Part shown: positions 41,043 through 50,343 of the stretch, one piece after another | How the letters are laid out: the number at the start of each line of letters is the position of its first letter | Numbering within the stretch: position 1 is the first letter of the stretch | Assembly: GCA_022361175.1 (NCBI GenBank) | Contig: JAKSBN010000346.1 | Span: 587 to 64,586 of the forward strand | DNA from: Pseudomonadota bacterium | Lineage (GTDB): Bacteria; Myxococcota_A; UBA9160; UBA4427 | Direction of reading: 5' to 3' | Length of the DNA: 64,000 nt | Translations under genes and position numbers: made by a program | The notes under the pieces: model-generated | What the model saw: only the letters and a program-made list of their open reading frames with translations | Database searches by the model: none | What the model was told of the DNA's origin: nothing

Positions 41043-43931
41043 ATGGACATGAGAAGACGTTTCGGGCGCCGGCGGCGCGGAGGCACGGGCAGCGCACCCA
41101 TCGACGCAGAGCGCTGGTTGCAACGAGTGGTGGAAACGGGAGCCGTCCCGGTGTCGTCCCTGGAAGCGACCCAGGAGCCGGGCGTCGGGGCCGACTACGC
41201 GGTGTTGGGCACCGGAACCCGCGAAGCAGGGGAGGCGGTGCTCGTGGCCGTGGCCCCGCATCGCGGCGGAGACGCGCTGCTGGCGGCCCTGGCCGCGGCG
41301 ACCCGACGCCAGGCCGAGGAGGGCTTCAGCGGGGAAGTCGTGGCGGCGGCGCCCCAGTGGTCGATCGCCGCACGGCGGCGGCTCGGTCTGGTGGGCGAGC
41401 TCGACTTCGCGTTTCGCGCCGCGGTCGTCCCGGCGGTCGGAGATGCTGTGGCCGCGGTGGAACCCGAAGCGCCGGACGAGGCCCCGGTGGTCGCCCCGAG
41501 CCGCGTCGCGGCCCACTTGGCGCGGCCGCGCGATCGCGCGCTGTTCGAACGCGCGGCGGCCGCTCTCGAAGGTCTGGCGTCGAAACACGGCGGGGCGGTC
41601 CGGGGCATCGGACGCAGCGTCGAACTGGTCGTGATGGCGCGCCGCGTGGCCGAGCTGCGGGCCGACGAGGGCGGCGTCGAGTTGCGGACGTTCCTGCCTC
41701 AGCGATCCACGTTGCGCCTCTCGGACGAAGGACTGGCCGGTGCGCTGGATCGCCTGGAGGGCAATCTCCGCAAGCGGCTCGGCGACCGCAAGACGCGGGA
41801 CGGCGAGGACGGCCTCCGCTCGCGTTCACTCTCCGAGCTGGTGGCGGCCCAGTCGCTGCGGGCCGTCGTCCCCTGGCCGCTGGGCGGTCGCGACCGCGAT
41901 GCCGTGGACTTCGTGGCGGTGGATGCGGAGGGGCGTCCCGTGGTCGGCGCGACTCGAGCCACGCTCGGGCTCTCCGACCTGGGCGAGATTCTCGACGCCG
42001 CCGTGGCCCTGCGCCCGGCGCTGCCGACGCTGTTGGCCGGAGCCGACGCGCCCGTGCGCTTGGAGGCTCCGAGACTGCTGCTGGCCGCCCAGACGGTGGA
42101 CGCCAGCGTCCGCCACGTGCTGTCCCGCGTGGTGTTGGCCCACGAACTGGTGGCCCTCTCCGAAGGCGCCGGGGGCGTGCAGTTGGAGACGCTGGGCACC
42201 GGTGCGGCCGCGCCGGCCCCGCGGCCCTCGCGTCGCCGCCGCCCGGCGGCTCCGAGCGAGGAGCCGGCCGAGGTCGACGACGCGGAGGCCGAGGGCGAGC
42301 AGGACGGCGCGGCGTCGCCGGGCGATCGGGCCCCGCGGCGCCGGGGACGCGGACGCCGCGGTCGGGGACGGAGACCGAGCGAGGCCGCTCCGGAGGATCG
42401 GCCCGCCGAGGCGGAAGCGCCCGCGGCCGGGGGCTACGAGGAGCTCTCGTTGTTCGACCTGGACGACGAACCGGCGCGCGAGGCGGGCGATGACTCGGAA
42501 GCGGAAGAAGAGGCGGGCGGCGCCCGGCGTGGGAGGCGCCGTTCGCGGCGGCGCCGCGGCGGCCGTCGTCGCGGGGGAGAGGGCGACGACGCGGCCGAGC
42601 TTTCCGACGAAGGTGACGGTCCGTCGGGCGAGGACGCCGATTCGGACGAGGCCCGGGAAGGGGGCCGCCGGCGCCGCGGTCGGGGCGGTCGCCGCCGGCC
42701 GTCGGCATCGGCCACCAGCGCCAGCGACGACGACGTCGAGCTTCCAGAGACGCTCGCACCACTGGCCGAGGGGGTGCCCGAACTCCAGGAAACACCGCCG
42801 GCCCTGGACTACGAGGACGAGGAGGAAGGGAGCGAGGACGCCGATCCCGGGCACGACCGCTGGGTGCGGGAGCGCGAGCGACGACGTCAGGAGCGCTCGA
42901 CGGGGCGGGAGGCCGAGACCGTCCGGAACGAGGCGGCGGCGCCGGCCGCCACGCCGCGGGCGCCGCGGCGGCGTGCGGCCCTGCTGCTCCACGGCGACCG
43001 CAGCTCGATCCTGGCGGGCGTCCTCCTGGCTCGCGACCTGCGCCTGGTGGAGGGCATCTGGATCTATCCGCAGGCGGAGCTGATGACCTTCTTCCGGAGC
43101 GTGGCGACGGATCTGAGGGAGGACACGCCCATCTACGTGGTGGGGTTCACACCTTCGCCGGCGCACGACGTGCTGCAGGCCGCGTCTCTCTACCGCAACC
43201 GGCTCTTCTGGTACGACCACCACGACTGGCCTCCGGAAGACCTGGCGGCGCTGCAGTCGTCGCTCGGCGAAGACGCACTGCACCGCACGCCGGGAACGGG
43301 GACGAGCCTGACGGCCGTCCTCGGCACCAGCACCCGGCGCAGCCGCTTCTCGGACAAGCTGGTGGATCTGGCGGCGGGGCGCTTCAGCCAACACGACTAC
43401 GAGCGCTGGGGTCGCCTGTGGTGGTCGCGACTGGGAGAGCTGGCGGCCGAGAGTGGAGAGCGGCGCGCCTCCATCGAGCCGCTGTTGGTGGGGCGGCCCA
43501 GTGAGTTGGCGAAGGAAGCCGGCAAGGCCGACACGCCGCCGCTGCCGCCCGAACTCGCCTACGTGTCCGAGCGCGACTTCCGGCTGGTGCACTTCGGCGG
43601 CTTCGTGCTGGTGGTGGTGGCGGTACCGACCGGGCTCGACGCGCCACTGGCCGCGCGCATCGCGCGGGAGCGCTACAGCGCCCAGCTCTCGCTCACGGTG
43701 GACGAGGCGTCGGGGCGGATCGAACTGGGAGCCGAGGAGGCTTCGGGCAAACGGACCTTCGACCTGGGCGGCCTGGCCGATCATCTGGCCCAGAAGCTCG
43801 AGTGGGTGGACGTCCTGCCGGACGACGACCACGTGGCGCGGGTGCGCGTCCGCGGGCTGGCGTCTCACCCGGACCGACTGGACGACGTCATCGGCGAGGT
43901 CGCCATGGGACGCTCCCTGCTCGAGGGGTAG
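41043..43931 (+). CDS. large hypothetical protein (962 aa): folded N-region, about 250-aa Arg-block/acid-block low-complexity centre, and a C-terminal domain with a DHH-like motif
   Basis: ATG follows GGAGAA. Residues about 388-643 alternate RRRGRGRRGRGRR-type and DDSEAEEE-type blocks. The C-terminal region has LLLHGDRSSILAG...IYVVGF...WYDHHDW, reminiscent of a partly degenerate DHH phosphoesterase. Confidence 0.8.
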   Translation: MDMRRRFGRRRRGGTGSAPIDAERWLQRVVETGAVPVSSLEATQEPGVGADYAVLGTGTREAGEAVLVAVAPHRGGDALLAALAAATRRQAEEGFSGEVVAAAPQWSIAARRRLGLVGELDFAFRAAVVPAVGDAVAAVEPEAPDEAPVVAPSRVAAHLARPRDRALFERAAAALEGLASKHGGAVRGIGRSVELVVMARRVAELRADEGGVELRTFLPQRSTLRLSDEGLAGALDRLEGNLRKRLGDRKTRDGEDGLRSRSLSELVAAQSLRAVVPWPLGGRDRDAVDFVAVDAEGRPVVGATRATLGLSDLGEILDAAVALRPALPTLLAGADAPVRLEAPRLLLAAQTVDASVRHVLSRVVLAHELVALSEGAGGVQLETLGTGAAAPAPRPSRRRRPAAPSEEPAEVDDAEAEGEQDGAASPGDRAPRRRGRGRRGRGRRPSEAAPEDRPAEAEAPAAGGYEELSLFDLDDEPAREAGDDSEAEEEAGGARRGRRRSRRRRGGRRRGGEGDDAAELSDEGDGPSGEDADSDEAREGGRRRRGRGGRRRPSASATSASDDDVELPETLAPLAEGVPELQETPPALDYEDEEEGSEDADPGHDRWVRERERRRQERSTGREAETVRNEAAAPAATPRAPRRRAALLLHGDRSSILAGVLLARDLRLVEGIWIYPQAELMTFFRSVATDLREDTPIYVVGFTPSPAHDVLQAASLYRNRLFWYDHHDWPPEDLAALQSSLGEDALHRTPGTGTSLTAVLGTSTRRSRFSDKLVDLAAGRFSQHDYERWGRLWWSRLGELAAESGERRASIEPLLVGRPSELAKEAGKADTPPLPPELAYVSERDFRLVHFGGFVLVVVAVPTGLDAPLAARIARERYSAQLSLTVDEASGRIELGAEEASGKRTFDLGGLADHLAQKLEWVDVLPDDDHVARVRVRGLASHPDRLDDVIGEVAMGRSLLEG

Positions 43932-43940
43932 GAGTTCCTC

Positions 43941-44714
43941 GTGACCGCGGATCTAGTCGAGATCTTCTCGTCCGTCCAGGGCGAGGGGCCCTATGTGGGG
44001 ACCTCGTGCCTCTTCGTGCGCTTCGGGGGCTGCGACCTGCGCTGTCGCTGGTGCGACTCCCCCGAAACCTGGCGCCCGAAGGGCGACTGCCGGATCGAAA
44101 CCGCGCGGGGCCGTGGCAGCTTCGTCCACGAGCCGAATCCGGTGGCCTTGGATCGGATCGAGGCCGCCCTGGAGGTCTTGGACGCCGGCGACCATCGATT
44201 CGTGAGCCTGACCGGGGGCGAGCCGCTGCTGCAGCCGGATGCGGTGCGCGCGCTGGCACCCGCGATTCGGCAGCTCGGCAGCGCCGTCTACCTGGAGACC
44301 CACGGTGCCGCTCCGGATGCCCTGGAAGCCGTGGCGGATGCCGTCGACGTGGTCTCCATGGACTGGAAGCTCACCAGCGACGTGCGGCGGGCCAGCGACC
44401 AGAAGGGCCAGCCGGCGCCCGAGTTCCACTCCGCACACGAGCGCTTCCTCGAGATCGCCGCGGCGCGCTGCGAGGTCTACGTGAAGGTCGTCGTGACCCC
44501 CGCCAGTCGGGACGAGGAGGTCGACGAAGTGTGTCGCCGGATGGCCGCCGTGGCGCCCGATACCGCGCTGGTGCTGCAGCCCGTGACGCCCTTCGCAGGT
44601 GTGCGCGAGGCGCCCGCCCCGAGCCGAATGCTCGCGCTGGCGCGGCGCTGCGAGCAGATCCTCAGAGACGTGCGCGTCATTCCCCAGACGCACAAACAGG
44701 TGGGCGTGCTCTAG
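43941..44714 (+). CDS. queE: 7-carboxy-7-deazaguanine synthase (radical SAM)
   Basis: EIFSSVQGEGPYVGTSCLFVRFGGCDLRCRWCDS (CxxxCxxC in the QueE context) and SLTGGEPLL. GTG start. Confidence 0.9.
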   Translation: MTADLVEIFSSVQGEGPYVGTSCLFVRFGGCDLRCRWCDSPETWRPKGDCRIETARGRGSFVHEPNPVALDRIEAALEVLDAGDHRFVSLTGGEPLLQPDAVRALAPAIRQLGSAVYLETHGAAPDALEAVADAVDVVSMDWKLTSDVRRASDQKGQPAPEFHSAHERFLEIAAARCEVYVKVVVTPASRDEEVDEVCRRMAAVAPDTALVLQPVTPFAGVREAPAPSRMLALARRCEQILRDVRVIPQTHKQVGVL

Positions 44715-45469
44715 CGGGCGATTCCCGGTCGGCGGCGGTGGAGGCCCAGGGCGACCAAGCCGAGCCCCAGCAACAGGGCGTTCGCGGGTTCGGGCACCAT
44801 GGTCGTGGTGAAGAGGGTGATCGGGTCTTCCAAGGAGTCGAACACCCACACGTTGTCGAGGCCGCCCTCGAAGAAGCTGTCGGTGTTGCGGTTCGTGCCG
44901 AGGCGGAACATCTGCAGCCCGCCCGGGTTGGCGCCGACGCTCGACACCACCTGGACACCGTTCAGCCAGATGTCTCCGTCGTTGCCGCCGAACTTGCGCA
45001 CGACGATGTGATCCCACACGCCGAGGCCGGTGGGGGCTCCGATGGCGAAGGTCCCGGCCTGATTGCGCCACTGGTAGACGCCGCCGAAGCTCTCGATCTG
45101 CCACGAGAACGCGGCCGTCGCGCTGTTGTTGTTGCTGAAGATGCCCTGGAAGTTGCCCTGGTCGATGCTGCCGTCCGAGCGCACCCACAGCGACACGGTC
45201 CAAGTCGGCATGCCGCCCGCGCCCACGACCTCGAGGTAGGAGGGATTGCCCTCGTCCCCGTCGAACTGGGCGTAGCCCGAGGACAGGTCGACCCCGGTTC
45301 CGACCGTGGCCAGGTCGTAGTCCGGGCCGACGCCGGAGACGTCGTTCGCCGTACCGTCGTTGAAGTCCCAAGCGGCGATGGGAAGCGCGCTCGCGACGCT
45401 GGGGAGCAGGAGCAGCACCAACAGCGGGGTCAGGAGAAGGCCGGTTTTCCGGTTGTCCGATGTGCGCAC
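44711..45469 (-). CDS. secreted LamG/concanavalin-A-like lectin-fold protein with C-terminal PEP-CTERM sorting signal
   Basis: Signal peptide, then a LamG-like body (WTVSLWVRSD...IVVRKFGGNDGDIWLNG). C-terminus is VPEPANALLLGLGLVALGLHRRR (PEP motif, TM helix, Arg cluster). Confidence 0.85.
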   Translation of the reverse strand: MRTSDNRKTGLLLTPLLVLLLLPSVASALPIAAWDFNDGTANDVSGVGPDYDLATVGTGVDLSSGYAQFDGDEGNPSYLEVVGAGGMPTWTVSLWVRSDGSIDQGNFQGIFSNNNSATAAFSWQIESFGGVYQWRNQAGTFAIGAPTGLGVWDHIVVRKFGGNDGDIWLNGVQVVSSVGANPGGLQMFRLGTNRNTDSFFEGGLDNVWVFDSLEDPITLFTTTMVPEPANALLLGLGLVALGLHRRRPGIAR

Positions 45470-45623
45470 GGCCGACTCCTTTCTTCACTCCATCGCATCG
45501 TCAGCGGAACGATGAATCTTGAGTGGATTTCACCTCGGTCATTGCGCCGGTTCGGTAGAGCCGCTCCCGGCGGTGCAGTTGCCGACGGACTGCACGAGCG
45601 CTGCCGGCGAGGCGCCGACCCGG

Positions 45624-47711
45624 TCAACGGCGCCGGAGACTGGTCTCGAGCTGCTGCAGGGCCGCGGTCGCGGCGGGCATCGGGGGCTGTGCGCCGAAGC
45701 GTTCAGCCAGATAAGCCTCCGTGAGTTCGGCGAAGGCCCGGCCGGCGGGCGCGGGGACGGCGGCGCGGACGCGCTCCGCGAAGGCGCGGGCCGTCATGCC
45801 GGGAGCGCGCTCGAGGCCCCGCCGTGCGAGCAGCCGGAGCGCGCGCGAATACGCAGTCGGAATGCGCGCGCGACCGCTCGCGCGCCTGCTCCGGGAGAGC
45901 CCCCAGGTGGCGACGAGGGCCAGGCCCACCACGACGAAGGGCCACCAACCCGCCTTGCCCCACGAGGCCCGCCAGCTGGCGGTGCCCCGCCGCTCCGGGG
46001 CCGTGGGTTCGGATGCGATACCGCCTTGCCAGGCGAGCCAGGCGCTCCTCAGCGCCTGAATCTGGTCGGAGCGGTCGAAGCCCACCACCCGCTGGTACCA
46101 CCAGAGCTCGGCCGCACTGGCCAGATCGGCCCACTGCCAGCCGAACGCATCCGGGACCTCCGCCCGCAGGCGCAGGTCGGGCGGCGTCGGATCGAAGCGA
46201 ACCCAGCCGGCCTGTTCGAAGTGCACCTCCACCCAGGCGTGCGCGTCGGAGTGCGCGACCTCGACGAAGCCGCCCAAGCGGTTGAGACGACCGCCGGCGA
46301 AGCCGTTCACCAGCCGCGTGGGCAGGCCCAGGGAACGCGCCAGCACCACCATGCCGCTGGCGAAGTACTCGCAGTGGCCCGCCAGTTCGCCCAACAAGAA
46401 GGCCTCGACGGGAGCTTCCGTGTCCGTCACCGGCGGCGTGTCGGTGTAGCGGCCGGCGGTCCGCAGATGGCGCTCCAGGAGTTGTACCCGATCCAGGTCC
46501 GTCGCCGCGTCCCGGGTGATGTCCCGGGCCATCTGGGCCACCGCCGGCGACAGCGGGGGCAGATCCAGGTAGTGACCGCCGCGGAGCCGCGGCGGTCGGA
46601 TGCGGTCTTCTCGCAGTGCCGCGGGCGCGGGCGGCACGGAGCGGGTCCAGACGGAGTAGCGGACCCGCTCGTGCGCCTGGCCCGCGGCGTAGAGGCCCCC
46701 GTTCGGGTCGTGCTGGACCCGGCGGATGGGGCCCACCAGGCGTCGCGCGGGGCCGGCGGTGAACAGGACGCCGGCCTCGACGGGTTCGCGGACGATCCTC
46801 TGTTGAAGGTCGGCGGGCGCGTCGCGCGCCGACCGCCCCAGGCTCATGCCGAACTCCGGGCTTCCGCCGGGCTGGGTGCGCGCGTTCGGTTCGATCGACC
46901 AGCGTTGCCCGTCGAAGTGATCGAAGGCCAGGCCGCGCCAGTAGGCGTGCTCGCGAATCGGCGCACGCCCCGCCAGGGTCTCGATCCGCATCACGATGGT
47001 GGGGTCCTTGCGGATGTGTCCGATCGCGCCCAGCTCGACCCGATCGGAGAAACCCGCCCGCGCCAGGGCAGGGGCCTGCGCCATCCCCCGGAGTACGTGG
47101 CCGCGCAGGCGCGGCAGGGTGAGGAACAGCACCATGGCCAGGACCAGAGAGAGGGCCGAGCACACGAGCGTGGTCCGCAAGAGTCGCGGCGTGAGCGCCC
47201 GCCCGGCGGCGCTCCCGTCGCCGGCCTCCAGTGCCTCGGTGCGCAGCGTGTGCACGATCAGGGTCCAGGTCGTGGCGGCGAGGAACGCCAGCAACAGGAC
47301 GGGAAAGGCCAAGCTGTCGGTCAGGTTGGCGGCCAGCAGCACCTGAAACAGTGCCATCACCACCAGCAGGAACTCCGACTTGCGGGGCCGCGCGTCGAGC
47401 AGCTGCAGTCCCTGCACGAGCGCTGCGAAGTGGGCCAGGGCCACGGTGGAGGGCGCCCCCCGTGCGGCCAGACTCACGGTGACGGCCAGAATTCCGAACA
47501 GCGCGCTGTTCAGTACCCAGGGGCTCTGCTGCCAGCGGCGCGGCGCCCGCCGCAGACCCAGGGAGCCGAGCAGGGCCGCGGCTTGCAACGCCATGGCCCA
47601 CGCTTCGAGTTGGCCCGTGATCCAGAGCGTGCCCGCGCCGATGCCCACCATGATCCAGGCCGAGGGCGGGCGCGGGGCCTCGACGGCGGCGCGGAATTCC
47701 AGCCGGCTCAT
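45624..47711 (-). CDS. transglutaminase-like membrane protein (DUF3488 N-terminal TM region, transglutaminase core, DUF4129-like tail)
   Basis: Core GHCEYFASGMVVLARSLGLPTRLVNGF...HAWVEV...FDPT (Cys-His-Asp). ATG 47711 overlaps the DUF58 stop (ATGA). Confidence 0.9.
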   Translation of the reverse strand: MSRLEFRAAVEAPRPPSAWIMVGIGAGTLWITGQLEAWAMALQAAALLGSLGLRRAPRRWQQSPWVLNSALFGILAVTVSLAARGAPSTVALAHFAALVQGLQLLDARPRKSEFLLVVMALFQVLLAANLTDSLAFPVLLLAFLAATTWTLIVHTLRTEALEAGDGSAAGRALTPRLLRTTLVCSALSLVLAMVLFLTLPRLRGHVLRGMAQAPALARAGFSDRVELGAIGHIRKDPTIVMRIETLAGRAPIREHAYWRGLAFDHFDGQRWSIEPNARTQPGGSPEFGMSLGRSARDAPADLQQRIVREPVEAGVLFTAGPARRLVGPIRRVQHDPNGGLYAAGQAHERVRYSVWTRSVPPAPAALREDRIRPPRLRGGHYLDLPPLSPAVAQMARDITRDAATDLDRVQLLERHLRTAGRYTDTPPVTDTEAPVEAFLLGELAGHCEYFASGMVVLARSLGLPTRLVNGFAGGRLNRLGGFVEVAHSDAHAWVEVHFEQAGWVRFDPTPPDLRLRAEVPDAFGWQWADLASAAELWWYQRVVGFDRSDQIQALRSAWLAWQGGIASEPTAPERRGTASWRASWGKAGWWPFVVVGLALVATWGLSRSRRASGRARIPTAYSRALRLLARRGLERAPGMTARAFAERVRAAVPAPAGRAFAELTEAYLAERFGAQPPMPAATAALQQLETSLRRR

Positions 47712-48724
47712 GCGCGCACCGGATCCGGCTGCACCCGCGCGAGAAACGCCAGCAGCCGCCGTCGGTGCTGGGTTCCGCTGCCGGCGTCCAGCCGCTCGCG
47801 ATCGGTCCGCAGGGCCACGCGGGACTGGGCGGCCAGGTGGGCCACGACCTCCGACGCCGCCCGTCGCACGCGCCGCTCGAACCCCGAGTCCGAGGACTGG
47901 GCGCTCGTGCGCAGGTGAACTTCCACCTCGCCGCGGACCTCCGTGTCGGTCTCTCGCACCACCAGCTCGGCCCGTCGGATCGAGTGACGCCAGTGGACGC
48001 GACGGGCCGGGTCGCCGCGTCGGTGCTCGCGCAAGCCCGAGATGTCGATCCCCTCGCGAGCGCGCGTCCAAGCCTGGGCCTCGGCGCTCCGCTCGCGGCC
48101 GCCGGTGTGTTCGGTCGCGACGCGGTCGACGGCGGGGAACACGAGCGTCGTCTCCGGAGCCTGGATCACCATGGTCTTGAGGAAGAGCCCGAACGGAAAC
48201 CGCGTCGAAACCCGGTACGCGTGGAAGTGCAGCGGGCCGCGGATCTCGGGGCGCAGCGTGTAGTGCCGCAGTTCGCGACGCTCCGGGGCGATTCGCAGGG
48301 CGAAACAGCGTCCGGCCGGTGTGGTCGCCGAGTCGGGCGCGAGGTCGTCCCCGAAGTGGCCCGGTTCCACCAGCACGTCCTCGACCGCGACCGCGAACGA
48401 AGCCACCCGCCGCTGGCGGTTGTGGATCTCCAGGGCGACGTAGTGCTCGCTCTCCGCGTGAAGTTCCGCCGGCAGGCGTCGGCGCACGGCGATCCCGCGC
48501 AGCGCCGCCTCGGACAGTACGCCCGACAAGACGAGAAACGACAGCATCAGGGACAGCACCAGGTAGAGCAGGTTGTTGCCCGTGTTGAGGGCCGCGAAGC
48601 CGACGCCGAAGATCAGCGCGAAGAAAATCCAGCCGGCCCGGGTGGGCCGCAGGGTGCGGGGCGGTCGCAGCCAGCGCCGCAGCGTCCGCCGCCAGCTGCG
48701 GCGCGGGGAGGTCGTCGCACCCAT
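47708..48724 (-). CDS. DUF58 domain protein
   Basis: N-terminal TM pair plus GLREHRRGDPARRVHWRHS (the REY..GD....IHW signature). Its ATG shares one nt with the MoxR stop (TGATG). Confidence 0.9.
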   Translation of the reverse strand: MGATTSPRRSWRRTLRRWLRPPRTLRPTRAGWIFFALIFGVGFAALNTGNNLLYLVLSLMLSFLVLSGVLSEAALRGIAVRRRLPAELHAESEHYVALEIHNRQRRVASFAVAVEDVLVEPGHFGDDLAPDSATTPAGRCFALRIAPERRELRHYTLRPEIRGPLHFHAYRVSTRFPFGLFLKTMVIQAPETTLVFPAVDRVATEHTGGRERSAEAQAWTRAREGIDISGLREHRRGDPARRVHWRHSIRRAELVVRETDTEVRGEVEVHLRTSAQSSDSGFERRVRRAASEVVAHLAAQSRVALRTDRERLDAGSGTQHRRRLLAFLARVQPDPVRA

Positions 48725-49707
48725 CAGAGCGGAACGGGCACGCGCTCCAGAATCTCCTGCAGGATCCAGCGCGCGGGCGAGGTGTCTCCGTCCGAAACGG
48801 GGCCGCGGGGGTCCACCGACACCCGGTGGGCGAGCACGTCGACGACCAGGTCGCGCACGTCCTCGGGAATGCAGTAGTCGCGGTCGTCCAACAGCGCGCG
48901 CGCTTGGGCCGCGCGCCGCAGGGCGAGGGCGCCCCGGGGTGACACGCCCAGGTGGAGGGACTCGTGCTCGCGGGTCTCCTGCACCAGGGCCAGCAGGTCG
49001 CTGGTGATGCCGTCGTCGAACTTGATCTGGAGGGCGGCGCGCTGCACCCCGCGCAGCTCGTCCAGCGTGAGGACGGGCTCCAAGCTGGGCAGGGTATTCG
49101 TGGCGGGATCTTCGCGCAGGACGGCCGCTTCGAATTCCGGTTCCGGGTAGCCGATGGCCAGCCGCATCAGGAAGCGGTCGAGCTGGGACTCGGGCAGCGG
49201 GTGCGTGCCGTGGTGCTCGAGCGGGTTCTGGGTCGCCACCACCAGAAACGGGTCGGGCAGGGCGTGGGTGACGCCGTCGACCGTCCCCGAGCGGTCGCTC
49301 ATGGCTTCCAGCAGCGCCGACTGGCTCTTGGGGCTGGCTCGGTTCACCTCGTCGGCCAGCACCACGTGGGCGAAGATCGGCCCGGGCTGAAACACGAACC
49401 GCCCCGCGGCTCGGCCGCCATCGAACTCCGGCAGGGAGAGGCCCGTCAGATCCGACGGCAGCAGGTCGCTGGTGAACTGGATGCGATGGAAGTCGGCCTC
49501 CACCGAGTGGGCCAGGGCGCGGGCCAGCGTCGTTTTGCCGACGCCCGGAACGTCTTCCAACAGCAGATGACCCTGCGCCACCCAGGTGGTGACGGCGCGG
49601 CGGACGACTTCGGGCTTGCCGCGCAGGGCCCGCTCGACATTGGAGACCAGGCGCGCGCAGAGCTCGGTCGCGCGTTCGCGGGGCAGGGGCTCCAGGGAGG
49701 GGTGCAT
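48724..49707 (-). CDS. MoxR-like AAA+ ATPase
   Basis: Walker A LLEDVPGVGKTTLA, Walker B VVLADEVNRASPKSQSALLEAM, and VVATQNP. ATG at 49707. Confidence 0.95.
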   Translation of the reverse strand: MHPSLEPLPRERATELCARLVSNVERALRGKPEVVRRAVTTWVAQGHLLLEDVPGVGKTTLARALAHSVEADFHRIQFTSDLLPSDLTGLSLPEFDGGRAAGRFVFQPGPIFAHVVLADEVNRASPKSQSALLEAMSDRSGTVDGVTHALPDPFLVVATQNPLEHHGTHPLPESQLDRFLMRLAIGYPEPEFEAAVLREDPATNTLPSLEPVLTLDELRGVQRAALQIKFDDGITSDLLALVQETREHESLHLGVSPRGALALRRAAQARALLDDRDYCIPEDVRDLVVDVLAHRVSVDPRGPVSDGDTSPARWILQEILERVPVPL

Positions 49708-49861
49708 GCGGGCTCCGTGGCTGAAGGCTCTTGGGCTCTTCGGCTGCGGGCGCTCTGCGCCTAAGGCGTGTGCGCAACCCGGTGCGAAGTGCAATCCGCT
49801 CGCAGGCGTCGGCCGAGGCGCCGGCCCGGGCAACGGTTTTCGAGGCTGTCCGGGGCTGGGG

Positions 49862-50311
49862 TCAAGGGCCCGGGAGCCGCATCAGCTCGATGCGGGTGCC
49901 GTCCGGATCCGTGTAGTAGAGGAAGTCCAAGAGCCCCTCGCCGTCGCCGAAGGTGGTACGGGTGTCCGTCAGGACCTGACCGCCGAGCTCTTGCAGTCGC
50001 TTCGCGACGCGGTCCACGTCGGCGACGCGAAAGGAGAGGTGGGTCAGGCCGAAGTGGTGCACGGGGCGCGGGCGCCGGTCGCCCCGGGCCTCCGGCTTCT
50101 GGAAGGCCAGCAGCTCCACCGTCACGTCCGGCCGCCTCAGGAAGATGGACTGCAGGTCCACCTCGTCGAGGCCCATGAGGCGGGCGTAGTCGGATCCGAT
50201 GGGGATCGGGGCGTCTGCCTCGAAACCGAGGCCGTCCACGTAGAAGCGGGTGGAGAGGGTCGCGTCCGAGACGCAGACGCCGAGATGGGAGAAGCGCTGC
50301 ACGTCACTCAC
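49862..50311 (-). CDS. VOC (glyoxalase) family protein
   Basis: FSHLGVCVSD...THLSFRVADVD...YYTDPDGTRIEL. GTG 50311 lies 5 nt after AGGAGAA. Confidence 0.8.
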   Translation of the reverse strand: MSDVQRFSHLGVCVSDATLSTRFYVDGLGFEADAPIPIGSDYARLMGLDEVDLQSIFLRRPDVTVELLAFQKPEARGDRRPRPVHHFGLTHLSFRVADVDRVAKRLQELGGQVLTDTRTTFGDGEGLLDFLYYTDPDGTRIELMRLPGP

Positions 50312-50343
50312 GTCGGTTCTCCTAGAAGGTACTGAGATGGCCT

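Noticed and set aside
40640-43868. Long alternative-frame ORFs (40640..42493 plus, 41826..43868 minus, 41326..42795 minus) over the 962-aa gene
   Set aside because: They are extremely Arg/Gly/Pro-rich throughout. The chosen frame has folded-looking N and C regions flanking the charged linker, plus a ribosome-binding site at its ATG.
45560-45600. Hairpin GTGCAGT-N9-ACTGCAC downstream of the transglutaminase gene
   Set aside because: It is a short 7-bp stem without a U-tract and is plausible as a weak terminator. It is not distinctive enough to report as a feature.
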